DNA of 59,324 bases, filler included, from Sphacelaria rigidula (taxonomy: Eukaryota), in NCBI GenBank assembly GCA_964200075.2. It is 6 parts of 6 records of this genome, joined end to end, with 100 filler letters (N's around TTAATTAATTAA, not from the genome) between each part and the next. Parts side by side here need not be neighbours in the genome. Positions count along the whole stretch, not along the records: positions 29,715 to 39,518 come from CAXNAA020007724.1; positions 39,619 to 49,421 come from CAXNAA020007725.1; 4 more parts are not named here. The stretch is one strand, 5' to 3'. Numbering within the stretch: position 1 is the stretch's first letter; every line of letters begins with the position of its first letter. Below, piece by piece: positions 36,386-48,258 of this stretch. The notes under the pieces are model-generated. The model ran no database searches. It was not told the DNA's origin and saw nothing but the letters and a program-made list of their open reading frames with translations. The position numbers and the translations under genes were made by a program.

Positions 36386-39300
36386 TTGGCAAAAAAAGAA
36401 ATCACGATGAGGCGCGGTCTAATTTTTTTCGCCAATCTGATAAGTCCACCGCGTTAATGTTCCTAGAAGGCTTTAACTGCAAAGTGTAATGTGGCTGGCG
36501 GAGAAAACTATTTGGCAAAAATAACCCTTTTCGATCGAAAACATGCGGTCGAGAGGCACGAAGCGGAACTTGACTCTCATCTTACAGACCCACCACGCCA
36601 GATAACACCTGTTCACAAGACCATGCAAACTCCATTCAACTCATTTGGATCGAAGAAGCTAAGAGAAATTTGTGAACATGTACTTGTTTACTTGTATTCA
36701 CTACAGACAGCAGTACAGACAGTACATGCTGCCTGTGCACAACAGTGTGTTTCGTACAGCATTTGCAGGTGCGATGTGGAAAAGAAGCGGGCAACGTGAC
36801 TTACGGACAGTATAGGAGAGCTTTCTGTAATCTGCATACAGGAGGATGTGAAGAAGACTTGAATAACGTGCAGTTTTGCACCGTCTCTACTGTCTCATGA
36901 GCTTGTTGGCAATTCGGTCGCCCACCCCGACATGCAACTCCGTCAGTGGACCCTACGACAAGATTAGATGCCCAAGTTTTCGCCAATAAAAATGAAAAAC
37001 TTCATGCCAAGAGGGTTGTGGCGTCGCTTCCCTATCACTGCAGTGTATCCCTGTGCTCAGCTCGTAATTTATGCTGCAGAGTTGCGTTGGTACCTGCGAA
37101 TCATGTCTCTTGATTTCGCGCAGTTCCGTGAAACGGTGGTGTATCTGGAATTGTTGTCTGCAACATAGGAGTCATGTGCCCCTTCGTTCATTTCCACCGC
37201 TCGTTTTGTCGAAAAAGCAAAGCTTTTGTGTTTTTGACCCTGCCCGTCGCGCGCAAATACCTGAATACTTCTAAAATGACCTTGAAGCCATCTGAGGACA
37301 TAAATGCGTTGGACGTATCTGATACGATCTCGTAGCGACCAATTCGATTCGACCGCATGTCTATGAGTCGAGTAAAACGATGAGACATGGCCTTGGGCCG
37401 CTTCTTACAGACTGGAAAAAGTCTCTGAGAAAAGTCATCTTGGACGACTTTCTCGGAGACTTTTTCCAGAGAAATCAGTTTTCAGATACTGTGGACAGGA
37501 CCACTCTCCAACCCACAAACCGCGTGGGAAAAACTCTCGGTTGTACATTCACGTTGGTACGGTCTCTTGGTGCTGACTCTAGCATTCTCTCCTCTCTACG
37601 TAAAGTCGGTCCCTCGCACAGAAGCTTGTGGCTCCATTAGCACCCGCTGACTGCTGCCCAAGTGTCATGAAAGTAAGAGCAAAATCGATAACGATTTCTT
37701 CAGCGAGTGTTTGCATTTTGTTTTCACCTCGGGACGTCTATTATGTGACCACGGCGAGATCCCTGGAGAATCACTCAAGTACGACAATCTAGCGACCTGA
37801 TAAGTCGAGAGGGCTAGATACCTGATGAAAAGTTTTTTTCCGTACATGTGTACCTGAAATTATCTATATTTTCCCCGTAGCTGTACCTGAACCTCGAAGA
37901 GTACCTGAAATTAACGAGTGACAGATACAGGTGTGACTGAAAGTGGTGAACCCCTTTGGTCCCTACTCATCATGAAAAAATCGCGCCCTGTCGACCCATC
38001 AGATGGCCTTATTTGAGGCAATTTACAGTCGAAGCTGTATTTGTACCCACAAGCGCTGAGGTATGTATACCTGAACGTGATCGTCACCATTTTCAAGGCC
38101 TAGGGCCGTTGGTGTGAATGAGCCGTCTACTTCCGGACTCTGTGTTGAGCAGCCATGTCTTTGGTCATAATTTATTTTTGTCAAACCTTGAGAGTAATTC
38201 TTGTCCAAAAATAGCTCCAAGCAAACTGAGGATTCTTCAGCAGAAGGGCCATAGGGTACCGTTGACAGGGCTTTCGAATCGGCACATCCTGCTGCGCCGA
38301 TCTGAGGTGAAACACGCGCTGCGCAAGCCGTAAAAGCTCCTCGAGGGATTGAGCTCTATTAATTTGCGCTAAGATTCTGATCTGAACGTGCTTGGGCATG
38401 ATTTCATTTGTGACGACCTCAGTACTGAATGCGTTTCTCCGGCATTCACGTCAAGATAATCTGTGTCACATGGTAACTTTCGGCTGTGTCTTGAGGTTGA
38501 TTCTTATCCTGAGGACAGCAAAAACTCTCTCAAAATAGCTGTTTTGGCGATTTAACCATTTTGGTATCGGCAATTGAAAAGCGACGTATATATTGTTGAT
38601 TGTTTGCAGCTTCCACGCAGTAATATTTTGCCCAACCCTTTTTTTTGAGACCCACGCGAGTTCCAAATGCCAGTGAATCGCGTAAATACCGCACCTCAAC
38701 CCTTCCACATGTGGTGAGGGGGTTTCTGTGTGCTCGGCCATACTATCTTGTTTCTGTAATGTGGCCTTGCACGCTTGCCAAGTGTTTGGCGGGTACGACC
38801 TTCGGACTGCAGCACAACAATACACCGGTGCGGTGCGTCACCGCTATGAAAATGTACCCCACTGCCACACGGGACTGCATATATATAAGTACAGAAATAT
38901 ACAGGTGGTGCTGATTTTTGCTGCGCGCACAAAGTTGAACACACTTGGCTCGTTGCGTCCCGTCGTTGGATGTAAAACTAATCTGACACCACCGGGGCGG
39001 CATTTTTGCTGCGAGCATGACGTATGTCGATGGACTCTTCCACGGCCCTCCAGCGTAAAATGGTTGTTGTCGGTGCTTTCTTTTTCCCATTTCTTCATTG
39101 TCAGCGCTTGAAATAATGAGGCGTTTGGACCGGGGACGGGCGGGGAGGGTTCCTCAAGGGTTGAAGCCGACTTTTGTCGGAATACGGGACTTGAGGGATT
39201 TGCCCACCTCAGCAAGGTTTGCTGTACAGTTCGAGAAGATTGCAGCGCACTTTGCCGACATTTCATGCATAGTTGGTTGATTGTCGCACACTTCTTCGCG

Positions 39301-39518
39301 GGAACATGATTCGCCTCCCGAGGAACACGTTTATTCTGTGTTCAAGAAATCACCTGTCCCAGCAAGAGCCAAACTCTGGGCATGAATGATCGGCAGGATG
39401 CGCTATAATCCTTTCGGAGAGTACAGCAAGTCTTCCTGAGGTAGCACAATCCATACCCCCCCGAATTCCGGCTAATGAGCTACGGAAGGAAAGTAATGAG
39501 CGCCAGAATGTTGGAGGT

Positions 39519-39618
39519 NNNNNNNNNNNNNNNNNNNNNNNNNNNNNNNNNNNNNNNNNNNNTTAATTAATTAANNNNNNNNNNNNNNNNNNNNNNNNNN
39601 NNNNNNNNNNNNNNNNNN
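39519..39618. other. Artificial contig spacer
   Basis: N44-TTAATTAATTAA-N44. Confidence 0.99.
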
Positions 39619-41071
39619 GGTAAATTGTAAATGGTGCATGGTCATGCAGGATCCGAAATCCTGGGGACCCCCCCCCCCCCCCCCATCGTAGCATCACTCT
39701 GTTCTTCCGTTGTACCGACAAAGCACGTCGTCGCACCAACCACAGTACAGTACATTGCTTGATGTACCTAGCGCTGAGGCTCACAAGAGTAGGGCGACGC
39801 GTGCACTGCGTCGAGTTGACAAGGGGTTTCAGTGGGCCGAACCCCCAAACTGCCCCTGGAGCAAAGCTTGAGAACGATCGAGGCGTCTACCCCACATGAC
39901 TACCGTGAGGCATGTCTAGCCGAGCCTCTGGGTAATCGGCCGAGAACTCGCTTGCGGGGAAAGTGCTTGGTCATGTTTCCTCCGTCCTTCAAGGACCAAG
40001 AAAAAAAATGCTTGGTGTACGGTCGTGCTACCCGGTACACAAGCGCGAAAGTGCTGAAAGCAGTATTGATAGTTACCCGCAGAGTTGGGGTAGATTTTTT
40101 TTAACTTCCAGCGGGATAAAAGAAGGCTATTCAAGCAGTCAGTAACGCGCGTGTGTATTGGAGGTCGGCATGTTGTTGTTGTTGTTGTTGTCTACACATG
40201 AAAAAAAAAAAAACGATATCGGCGCAGTACTTCGATTTCCGTACTGGGCATCTGATGCGGACGCCTCCCGTGGTCACAGGCCAACTACCGAAAATAAGGT
40301 TCAAGGAAATACAAGAAAAAAAAATATATATAATAGTCACGCCACGGGAGGGGCGCACTTTTCAGTCCCAAAATCTTCTGAGGCTGCACACTAAGGTCCA
40401 GGTATCTGTCGTCGAGGGGTTCCTACAGCAAAGAGCCTCAGAAAGAAAAAAAACACCCCTACCGTGGCATTGCTTAAAAAAAATACTAATTCGGACCCAG
40501 AAAAATATGGACAGACGCGATACATCCTACAAATGAAATACTGTTAACCTCAATAGTTTCGATGCCGCAGGCGAGTATTCGAACCACTGGAGGGGAAGCC
40601 AAACAAAAATGGAGCCCAATTCAGGAACCAAAAGATCACCAGTCCTCGCAGTATGATATTTGAAAACACGTTAGAATCTACACGATATACCCGCCAAGCA
40701 AAAATAGCGATATATGATACTTTGTATGTATTTTTATATTATATGATACAAAACCAATAACATCGGGTCTGAGCAGATGAGCGACATCGCGCGCAAGTAC
40801 GTGAGGACGTACGTACGCACTTCACGTTCGTTGCACGTGCTCGACACATTTTTACTCTCGCACACTGTCCACCGTCGCACACAAGAAAAGCGATAGGCTG
40901 CTGTTGTCCATCCGTGAAACACGGAGGGCTGACAGAGGACGACGTGGAGAACATTGTTTTCCCTACACTCTCACCATGGGACATGGTGATCGCAGCCGAC
41001 TGGCTCCGCGTGTGTTAGAAAAACACATCATGCGTTCAACGGCCGTAGGCTACGCCCCGTTACTGACGCTT

Positions 41072-41373
41072 CATGAACAGCCGATCATCGAAATTGAGGA
41101 TGGAGCTTTCCATGGAGGATGAAAACCCGGGGTTTAGGTGATCCGATCGGATCGCCGAAATTTCCCGAAAATGGGTTTTTCACCTTGGACCCCAGCATTT
41201 CAGTAATCGATATCCAACTTGGTAGGGCGTGTAGCCGTTGTAAATAGCCATCAGCAAGTGCAGGAATGGAACCGTATTCCGAAACTTTTGTGTAGATGCG
41301 AAGATTTTAATCCTCCGGTTTCTCATCCTCAATGAAAAGCTCCATCCTCAATTTCGATGATCGGCTGTTCATG
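41072..41373. mobile_element. Inverted-repeat MITE-like element related to 20013-20430
   Basis: CATGAACAGCCGATCATCGAAATTGAGGATGGAGCTTT at both ends in inverted orientation; the interior resembles 20310-20400. Confidence 0.75.
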
Positions 41374-41597
41374 CTCCATCAGGTATGGAATGGAAGATCT
41401 GCTTATGAGCAGTATGCAGCTATTGCGCACACTCGTTCTTGGCAAGCAGTGAACTGCCACTGGGGAGAAACCACTGTCTTCACCATATGATGCGTTTCGT
41501 CGAGCCCAACCGCGTGCCACCCACCTGAGGGGTGCTTGCGCCGTGGTCGAGAAAAATTGTTGACAGAGATCCTCAGAAACTCATGATTTGGAACTAA

Positions 41598-42780
41598 GGC
41601 TACTTTTCATGCATGAACAAACCGGTATAAAAAAAGCAGCTGTCTGATTACAGGCAAAAAAAACACTTCCAATGTGATCAGAAAACGCGTCTTTTTATAA
41701 AATAAAAATAAAAATGGTAACCTTTTCCGATATCCCGCAGTTATCAGAACATCATGGTTCTCTGATAACGTGGTTGGGGCTATCGAAAAATGCTGTTGTA
41801 GCGTTTGAAATTCCACGGCTCGTCAAGCTCCAACACTACTGCTGCTGCTGCTGCTGCTCGCAGTCAGCGAGCGTGTTACATCCTCACCCCCCCCCCCCCC
41901 AGTAGCGTGGATCCTATGGCAACAGCAGGGGGTGGGATCGATGGCCCCTTGCCTGAAGCTGCGCTGGCGGCGGCGCTGGCTGTCCTCCATGAAGATCAGC
42001 AAGACGATACATCGTCTGACGCTAGGCGGGACGAGTCCGACGAAGAACCGCTGCCGCGCGTGAAGCTCATGCAAAATAAGTACAAGAAGAGAGATGTCAA
42101 GACGTACGCTTGGGCGCAACTGCTCCGGGACAAACATTTAAAGGACAGCACGACCAGAACGGCGGAGCAGTTTCGAAGAAACTCTGGGATGCCGTACCCC
42201 TTTTTTCCTGCACTGCGCCCAAGCGTACGTCTCGACATCTCTCTTCTTGTGCTTCGCAGGAAACAAAGGGGTACGGCATCGCAGAGTTTTTTCAAAACGG
42301 CTCCGCCGTTCTGGTCGTGCTGTCCTTCAAATGTTTGTCCCGGAGTAGCGGCGCCCAAGCATACGTCTCAACCTCTCTCTTCTTGTACTTATTTTGCATG
42401 AGCTTCACGCGCGGCAGCAGTTCTTCACCGGACTCGTCCCGCCCAGCGTCAGACGATGTATCGTCTTGCTAAACCCCACGGAGAACAGCCACGCGGACCT
42501 CGAGCTGTAATATGTACGCTGCGCTGTGGGTACGCTGCGCGGCGGTGATGGGACAGAGGAGCGGTCTGTCTACTGTGCGCTCGCTGCGTCCTCCAGAGCG
42601 CGCGCCAGATTTGAAAATCATAACCTGCACGCCTCCACAAAACTATCCAAACTGCTTTACCTATTTTGATGACGTCTGCATCACGTAAGAAGTGCCCGTT
42701 CAAAACATTCTGTTGAAAAACGTGTTATAAAAAAACGGCATTTTTTTTCATCACGTTTTCTATATACACAAGAAATAGCC
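41598..42780. mobile_element. PIF/Harbinger-type deletion derivative with an internal inverted duplication
   Basis: GGCTA...TAGCC termini flanked by TAA and TTA; contains a transposase 5' fragment. Confidence 0.65.
41916..42207 (+). pseudogene. N-terminal fragment of a PIF/Harbinger-type transposase
   Basis: MATAGGG...YAWAQLLRDKHLKDSTTRTAEQFRRNSGMPYPFF resembles the W..ML.D....D..S..A..FRRRFR.PY..F segment preceding the DDE domain in such transposases (recalled, not searched). The DDE domain is absent. Confidence 0.65.
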
Positions 42781-43077
42781 TTACTCTAACCCTAACCCCA
42801 ACTTCCAACTCAGGGCATATTAGAACCCTCGGGTGAGAGGAAGGCAAAGGTTGCGCTAGGGCAAGTTTGCGTTGGCAGACATCAAATCAGCGCCACGAGC
42901 GCCGATTTCGACATAAAACACGTTCTAGGCAAGCCAGGAGCATTCACGATAGCTTCTCCCAGGATCCAAATGCCAGTGTTCAGTCTAAAAATAAGTGATC
43001 ATCCTCTCAATCATTTTTCTCGACCAAAAGCGTAGGCTCTACTAACCCAACTCGCCTCAGAGCAGAACTCGTGACTT

Positions 43078-44657
43078 CAGGGAGTTCCGGGAAAAAAAAA
43101 GTCTGAACTCAGGGATAAGCGAAAAACGAATGGATTGTTTACGCTTAAACCCCAGTTTTTTTTTTGTACCAGGTAGGTGTGGGTCATGGGCAACTTTTCA
43201 GGGTTTAGTGATTTCTGTTCCGAATGCCACGTGGTCGGTGTCACGAACTGAAGAGGTGAAAGTCGCGCCGTGTTGTTCTGCGTTTGTACTCTGCGCCCAC
43301 CCATGCGGTGCTACCCGTTCAGCGCGGAAGAGCATGTGCAGAGCCGTGCTACGATAGGTTGGGTGTTTGATTCCAGGAAAAAAAGGATTCACAAGTGTTT
43401 CGGACAACCTGACACACTCGTCGTGCGCTTGTATTTCGGTAAAACGACGTCAAGCAGTATGAATGAGCGTTATTTGTCGGTAACACGCGCGTTCGGACGA
43501 TCGTTGCTGCTTTCAACGACGATTCGAAGTTGGATTCCGTGGAAGCAACGGCCCGGAATACCCTCCGTACTATCGCAGCATGGCTATAGTTGTTTGTGCT
43601 GTCCCCGTACCGTTGAATACGTGACAGCAATATCGTCAACACAGCGTCCGGGTACGAACCCGGCACAGTACACAGCGTCGGGCACCCAGGCAGTGCACCT
43701 CGGCGCTTGCTAGTCATTCACAAGTCCTGCACCTGTCGGTGTGTGGCACAGCACTGGTACACGTTGTGAGAGTTGAGAGTTGTACCGTTGCATTGTCTGA
43801 TCGATTGATTGATTGATCACCTCACATTAGCTGATTGCAACAATCCAGCCCGTGGTCAGGAGCAGTAAAAAAAAAAGCAGAATATCTATAGACAGTTCTG
43901 TATACTGTCTGTAGTACAAGTGTCACATGCCTATGTGTGTGCATGTGCATATCTTGAGAAAGTACACTCACTCTCGATAAAGGCTCACAACGTCATAATC
44001 CTAGCTGCGTGGAGGTGAACGGGGGAACAGAGACACCTGTCGACCTGACTAAAGATGACGCGGAAGAGCGGAAGTGGGCCACTCATGCAGCCGTGACGAA
44101 GACGTCGACAAAATGGTCACCCAACGGTGGTGTACCTGACCGAGCTAACGCAAGCTCCACGTTGGGTGGCCACTTTGTCAAGTCCTCGTAGCGGCTGCTT
44201 GAGAGGCCGACTTCCACCCTTTCACGTCATCATAAGCCAGGTCGACTGGTGTCTCGGCTCCCTTGTTCGCCTCCAAGTCTTCTTCGTAGTCTTGGGTCAC
44301 CCTCGTGAACGAGCTTCTCCATCACCAGCGCTGTCGCGGGCGTTCACAGCATCCGCCATTGCCCCACTCAAGATATTTGTCCTACGGCTGTGCTCTGTAA
44401 CCTCGGTCGTTATGGGGCAGGGCGTCTAGTTCCGTTTCCTGACCCTGAGTTGGGCACCACCACTTTGAGGTGTTTAGCAACTCAGGATTTATTTGAAAAA
44501 GTTCAAATTAATCCTGAGTTGCTGCGCACGTCTCTTCTTAGGGTTCAGTTTTCGGGATTTAACTGGGGGAATTTGTCATATCCTGGTTTTTAAATCCCAA
44601 CTTCTCAACCCTAAACCTGAGTTTTCCCGGTCGTTTTTTTGTTTCGAAAACTCTCTT
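43078..44657. mobile_element. Degenerate hAT-like non-autonomous element
   Basis: Starts CAGGGAGTTCCGG; degenerate inverted end with AACTCAGG/CCTGAGTT subterminal repeats; no 8-bp TSD visible. Confidence 0.4.
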
Positions 44658-44714
44658 TTATATCGTGCTAAATTATATTCCATGCCAATCAATCTGTATT
44701 TGTACAAATACGAA

Positions 44715-44969
44715 GGTTTCAGCCCGTCTACAGGTGATTTTCTCCCGTGGATTGATGTTTAGGACCCCAACAACAACAACAACAACAACAGTCCGAGGGG
44801 CTATGTTTTCCGCCTAGCTGTGAGAAAACCAGATCAAATCTCCGATTCCCAGATCGGGGGAGATGTGATGATGATAGTTTTCTCACAGCTGGCCAAATAA
44901 CATTGCCCAACGGACTAGGATCCGAAAAATCAACCCAGGGGAGAAAATCGGCTGTAGACGGGCTGATCC
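44715..44969. mobile_element. Palindromic MITE
   Basis: GGTTTCAGCCCGTCTACAG...CTGTAGACGGGCTGATCC, with an inner hairpin AGCTGTGAGAAAAC...GTTTTCTCACAGCT. Confidence 0.75.
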
Positions 44970-45131
44970 TCATATATGTACGAATACGGATTTCTTGCCA
45001 TGAAAAATGGTCTCATATATCATATACTCCGAGTATACATCAATATCGCGGGATTTTTTTCGCGATATCGATATCCTTGTATGATATGATATGATATACT
45101 GCTTTTCATGATACGATACCAGCCCCTATAT

Positions 45132-45134
<3 letters not shown>

Positions 45135-45169
<35 letters not shown>
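45135..45169. repeat. (GT)n microsatellite
   Basis: Direct observation. Confidence 0.95.
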
Positions 45170-45172
<3 letters not shown>

Positions 45173-45289
45173 CAGTAGGGCGCTGCGCGTTTTCTTCACT
45201 TCCGCCCGGAGAGGAGTGTGCGCTCTGCGCCCAATGAACAGAACAGTCTCCTAATTGCTGTCGGACTGCTGTTCTCAGGCCGTATTTTA

Positions 45290-45471
45290 GAGCGTCTTAG
45301 CACTTTTCTTTCGATCAAAGAAGTGCAGTGCAAAAAAAAATCCCGATCTGATAGGTCGTGATTTCAAACAACTTCAATATTTACGATAATTAAAATCACG
45401 ACTCATCAGATCGGGATTTTCGTTTTGCATCGCATAAGTTCGATCAAAAACTAATGTGCTAAGACAGGCCC
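45290..45471. mobile_element. Palindromic Harbinger-type MITE (GGGCGTGTCTTAGCAC family)
   Basis: GTCTTAGCAC...GTGCTAAGAC termini and CCCGATCTGAT/ATCAGATCGGG inner arms; similar to 47453-47641. Confidence 0.75.
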
Positions 45472-45490
45472 TTCAACCGACTCTAATGGG

Positions 45491-45928
45491 AGCCGTTCAA
45501 AATTCCTGTTAAAAAGTGCCTCTTTTGGCCCTTCTCCGTCGTTTTACGCCTGAAAAGAGGGCTAGGCGGATATTGACACCTTGGAATGACTTGCTCTACT
45601 CATTGAGACTGTTTAGGGCAACTTTGCATTTCCCGCTGGACGCACTTTTATTTTTGGCCGAACAGCGATTTTCAATGAATAACGGTCAAGCGATCCAAAT
45701 CCTGAGGAAGATTTTGATCACCTGACCGTTTTCCACTGAAAATTTGTTTGGCCTGATTTGGTCGAAAACGAAAGTGCGGCCAGCGGGAAATGCAGAGTTG
45801 CCCTGGAACGGCCTCAACGAGTGGAGCAAGTCATTCCAAGGCATCAACATCCGCCAAGCCCTCTGTTCGAGCGTAAATCGACGGAGAAGGGCCCAAACGG
45901 CAGTTTTCGACAGGAATTTTGAACGACT
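45491..45928. mobile_element. Palindromic MITE-like element
   Basis: CGTTCAAAATTCCTG...CAGGAATTTTGAACG; arms of about 200 bp are complementary. Confidence 0.75.
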
Positions 45929-47252
45929 AAAAGGGAGAAGCGGGCGACGTGCAGTGCAAACAGCCCAGGACTATCAGTTCTCTCTGCTAACAATGCGACG
46001 CGAAAAGGACTTCAGCAACGTGCAGCCTTGTACTGCATGCGCTGTTCATGAGCGTGCACGCAATTCGGTTGCCCACCGTACCACGCAGTTCCGTCGCTGA
46101 TGCCTACCATGAGAGAAGATGCGCAAGTTTTCGCCAACAAAAAATAAACAAAGCACACCCAACTATTGCAGTGTATCTATCCCTGCGCTCAACTCGTGCT
46201 CTATGCTACAGGGTTGCGGTGGCAGCTGAGAATGATCTGGATGGAGTTGGCATGGTCCTGTGAACAGGTGTTATTTGGCGTGGTGGTCGGTAAGATAAGA
46301 GTCAAGTGCCGCTTCGTGCGTTTCGACCGCATGTTTTCGATCGAAAACGATTGTTTTTGACCTCAATGCATTCTTCTCCGCGCGCCGCTGATTATAATTT
46401 TGAGTTGAAGGCTTCAAGGAACATAAATGCGATGGACCTATCAGATCGGCAAAAAAGAATCGACCGCACTTTTTCGATCGAAAAAAAAAGGTGCGAAGAC
46501 ACGCCCTGAATCGAATGAAAGCTGTCGTTGAAGGCCTTCCGACGCAGACCTCTTCGTCTGCTTCTCCTTTTTAGTTATGAGCCTCTTGGAACCCGCCTCG
46601 TGTCAGTTCTACAGCATGCAGTGTTGACATCGTCTTGTTTTTAAATTTCCGGCGGTGCTAAACCAATCACATCACCGGAGGACGGAGAAACCAAAAACGG
46701 GCAATTGTTGTTCGTTCATGCAAGGAAAAAGCGTGCCGCAGGGATAACGCGCCCCTATACAATAACCAGGTAATTATTTAGTGACGGGTAAATAAGACAC
46801 GAAATATATAACAGTGTTTGGACGACGTGGATCCTTCGGAGGTCAAAATTACTTGTGAAAAGCATGAAAATGTCTTCGTGTTCGGGCCATCTTCCATCAT
46901 TGGGCTTTCGAGTAGTACGGATATGGCATCCAAGACCATCACGTTCACCACCCCCCGAGACACAAGAAGTCAAGTTGTCCGATTTCCCAACACCAACGAG
47001 CAGCTGCAGCTGCCGTGAGCATCAAGTGAACCGAGAGTACATGACGACTAACATACGCCGCAATGTCTTGAGACTGCCACTCCTAATTCCCCCCTCTGGC
47101 CACGGCTGGTAGCAGCGTGATCGGAGGCACAAGCCGCCAGCAACTACTGCGCACAAGCCGATGCGAGCTTGGACTGGAATGGCGCAAATATCTCTGCATA
47201 TATCCATATGTATGTGGTGTATGTATGTATACCGTACTCTTCGGGGTGCGAG

Positions 47253-47641
47253 GGGCGTGTCTTGGCGCATTATTTTCCGATCAAACAGGTGCGGCGGTGC
47301 GGCGGAAATATATATATATATATATATATATATTTCTCGATCTGATGCGAGGTCGTCACTCATGTGCATGTCATTCATGTTAGAATGACGACCCATCAGA
47401 TCGGAATTTCCCTCTTGCGCCGCAACTTTTCGATCGAAAGATGATGCGTTAAAGCCGTGTCTTAGCACATCATCATTCGATCGAAAAAGTGCGGTGGAAA
47501 ACAAAAATTCCGATCTGATAGGTCGTTATTTCAACCATCTTCAAAACTAACGACGATGGTTGAAACTACGACTCATCAGATCGGGATTTTCTTCCCCACC
47601 GCACGATTTCGATCGAAAAACCAATGTGCCAAGACACGCCC
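47253..47641. mobile_element. Two nested copies of the GGGCGTGTCTT(A/G)GCAC MITE family
   Basis: Copy A is 47253-47452. Copy B is 47453-47641, with a TAA duplication at 47450-47452 and 47642-47644. Confidence 0.75.
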
Positions 47642-48167
47642 TAATCACTGATAAACACTACGAGCTGGGCCGGCAGTAAATCTCACATTCTCTCTATGCA
47701 CTACAACTTCTCAAGTTCCCCAAATCAGCGCGACTTGAGCATATCGCTGTGAACCGCAGACTAACCTGGTAACACACGGTACCGCCGCTGCTTGATTGGC
47801 GCAGTTTTGGCGATGATGTTTTTGTACTGCATTGAGCACCGGGTACGTCTCTCGCCATTGCGTGACAACGTGTCTGGAGACGTTTCGTTTCACAAAATGC
47901 GGTGGAATTACTATAGACCGTTGCGCCGCATAGGCACACGCACACCCCAGATGCCCAGGCAAGAGCACACTGGTCGTGCTGCAAGATGGCATCAAGCTCG
48001 TCATAAGCTCCATAATGGGAGAGAGCCTCCGAGCCAACTGTCGTATATCACCGCACGAGGGAGAAGTACTGCTTGAAACTGCGTTATACCCCCTCCAAAA
48101 GCAAGATCGTCACCATAATATCGAGACCCTGTGCGACCCAGAGGTACGAGAGATCATGTACGATTAG

Positions 48168-48258
48168 TGTGCACAAAATTCTTTTGTCGTGTCGGGATTC
48201 GAACTCATGACCTGTGAAATTTGAGGCTGTTGAATCAGTTTGACCACCGGGGTCACAC
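48168..48258 (-). mobile_element. tRNA-derived SINE-like head
   Basis: The minus strand reads CCCCGGTGGTCAAACTGA (A-box-like)...GAGTTCGAATCCC (B-box); no intact cloverleaf. Confidence 0.55.

Larger units (their letters stand above)
35345..37392. mobile_element. Older Harbinger-type element with long TIRs, left terminus interrupted by three MITEs
   Basis: 36410-36645 is reverse-complement similar to 46228-46470; 36960-37392 is directly similar to 46115-46506; right end AGACATGGCC; split left end GGGCAGCGTA-TTA...TTG-GCA. Confidence 0.55.

Noticed and set aside
39832..40104. ORF vaguely like a Cys-rich transposase tail (KKCLVYGRATRY)
   Set aside because: Cysteine spacing is incomplete, with no catalytic region or termini.
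42787..42799. Telomere-like CTAACCCTAACCC
   Set aside because: Only two units, inside a dispersed repeat; not a chromosome end.
46818..47112. Possible viral or P-loop remnant (NVFVFGPSS)
   Set aside because: No GKS/T motif or any other viral hallmark.
48168..48258. tRNA gene
   Set aside because: A/B-box-like motifs are present, but there is no acceptor stem or anticodon arm; treated as a SINE head.
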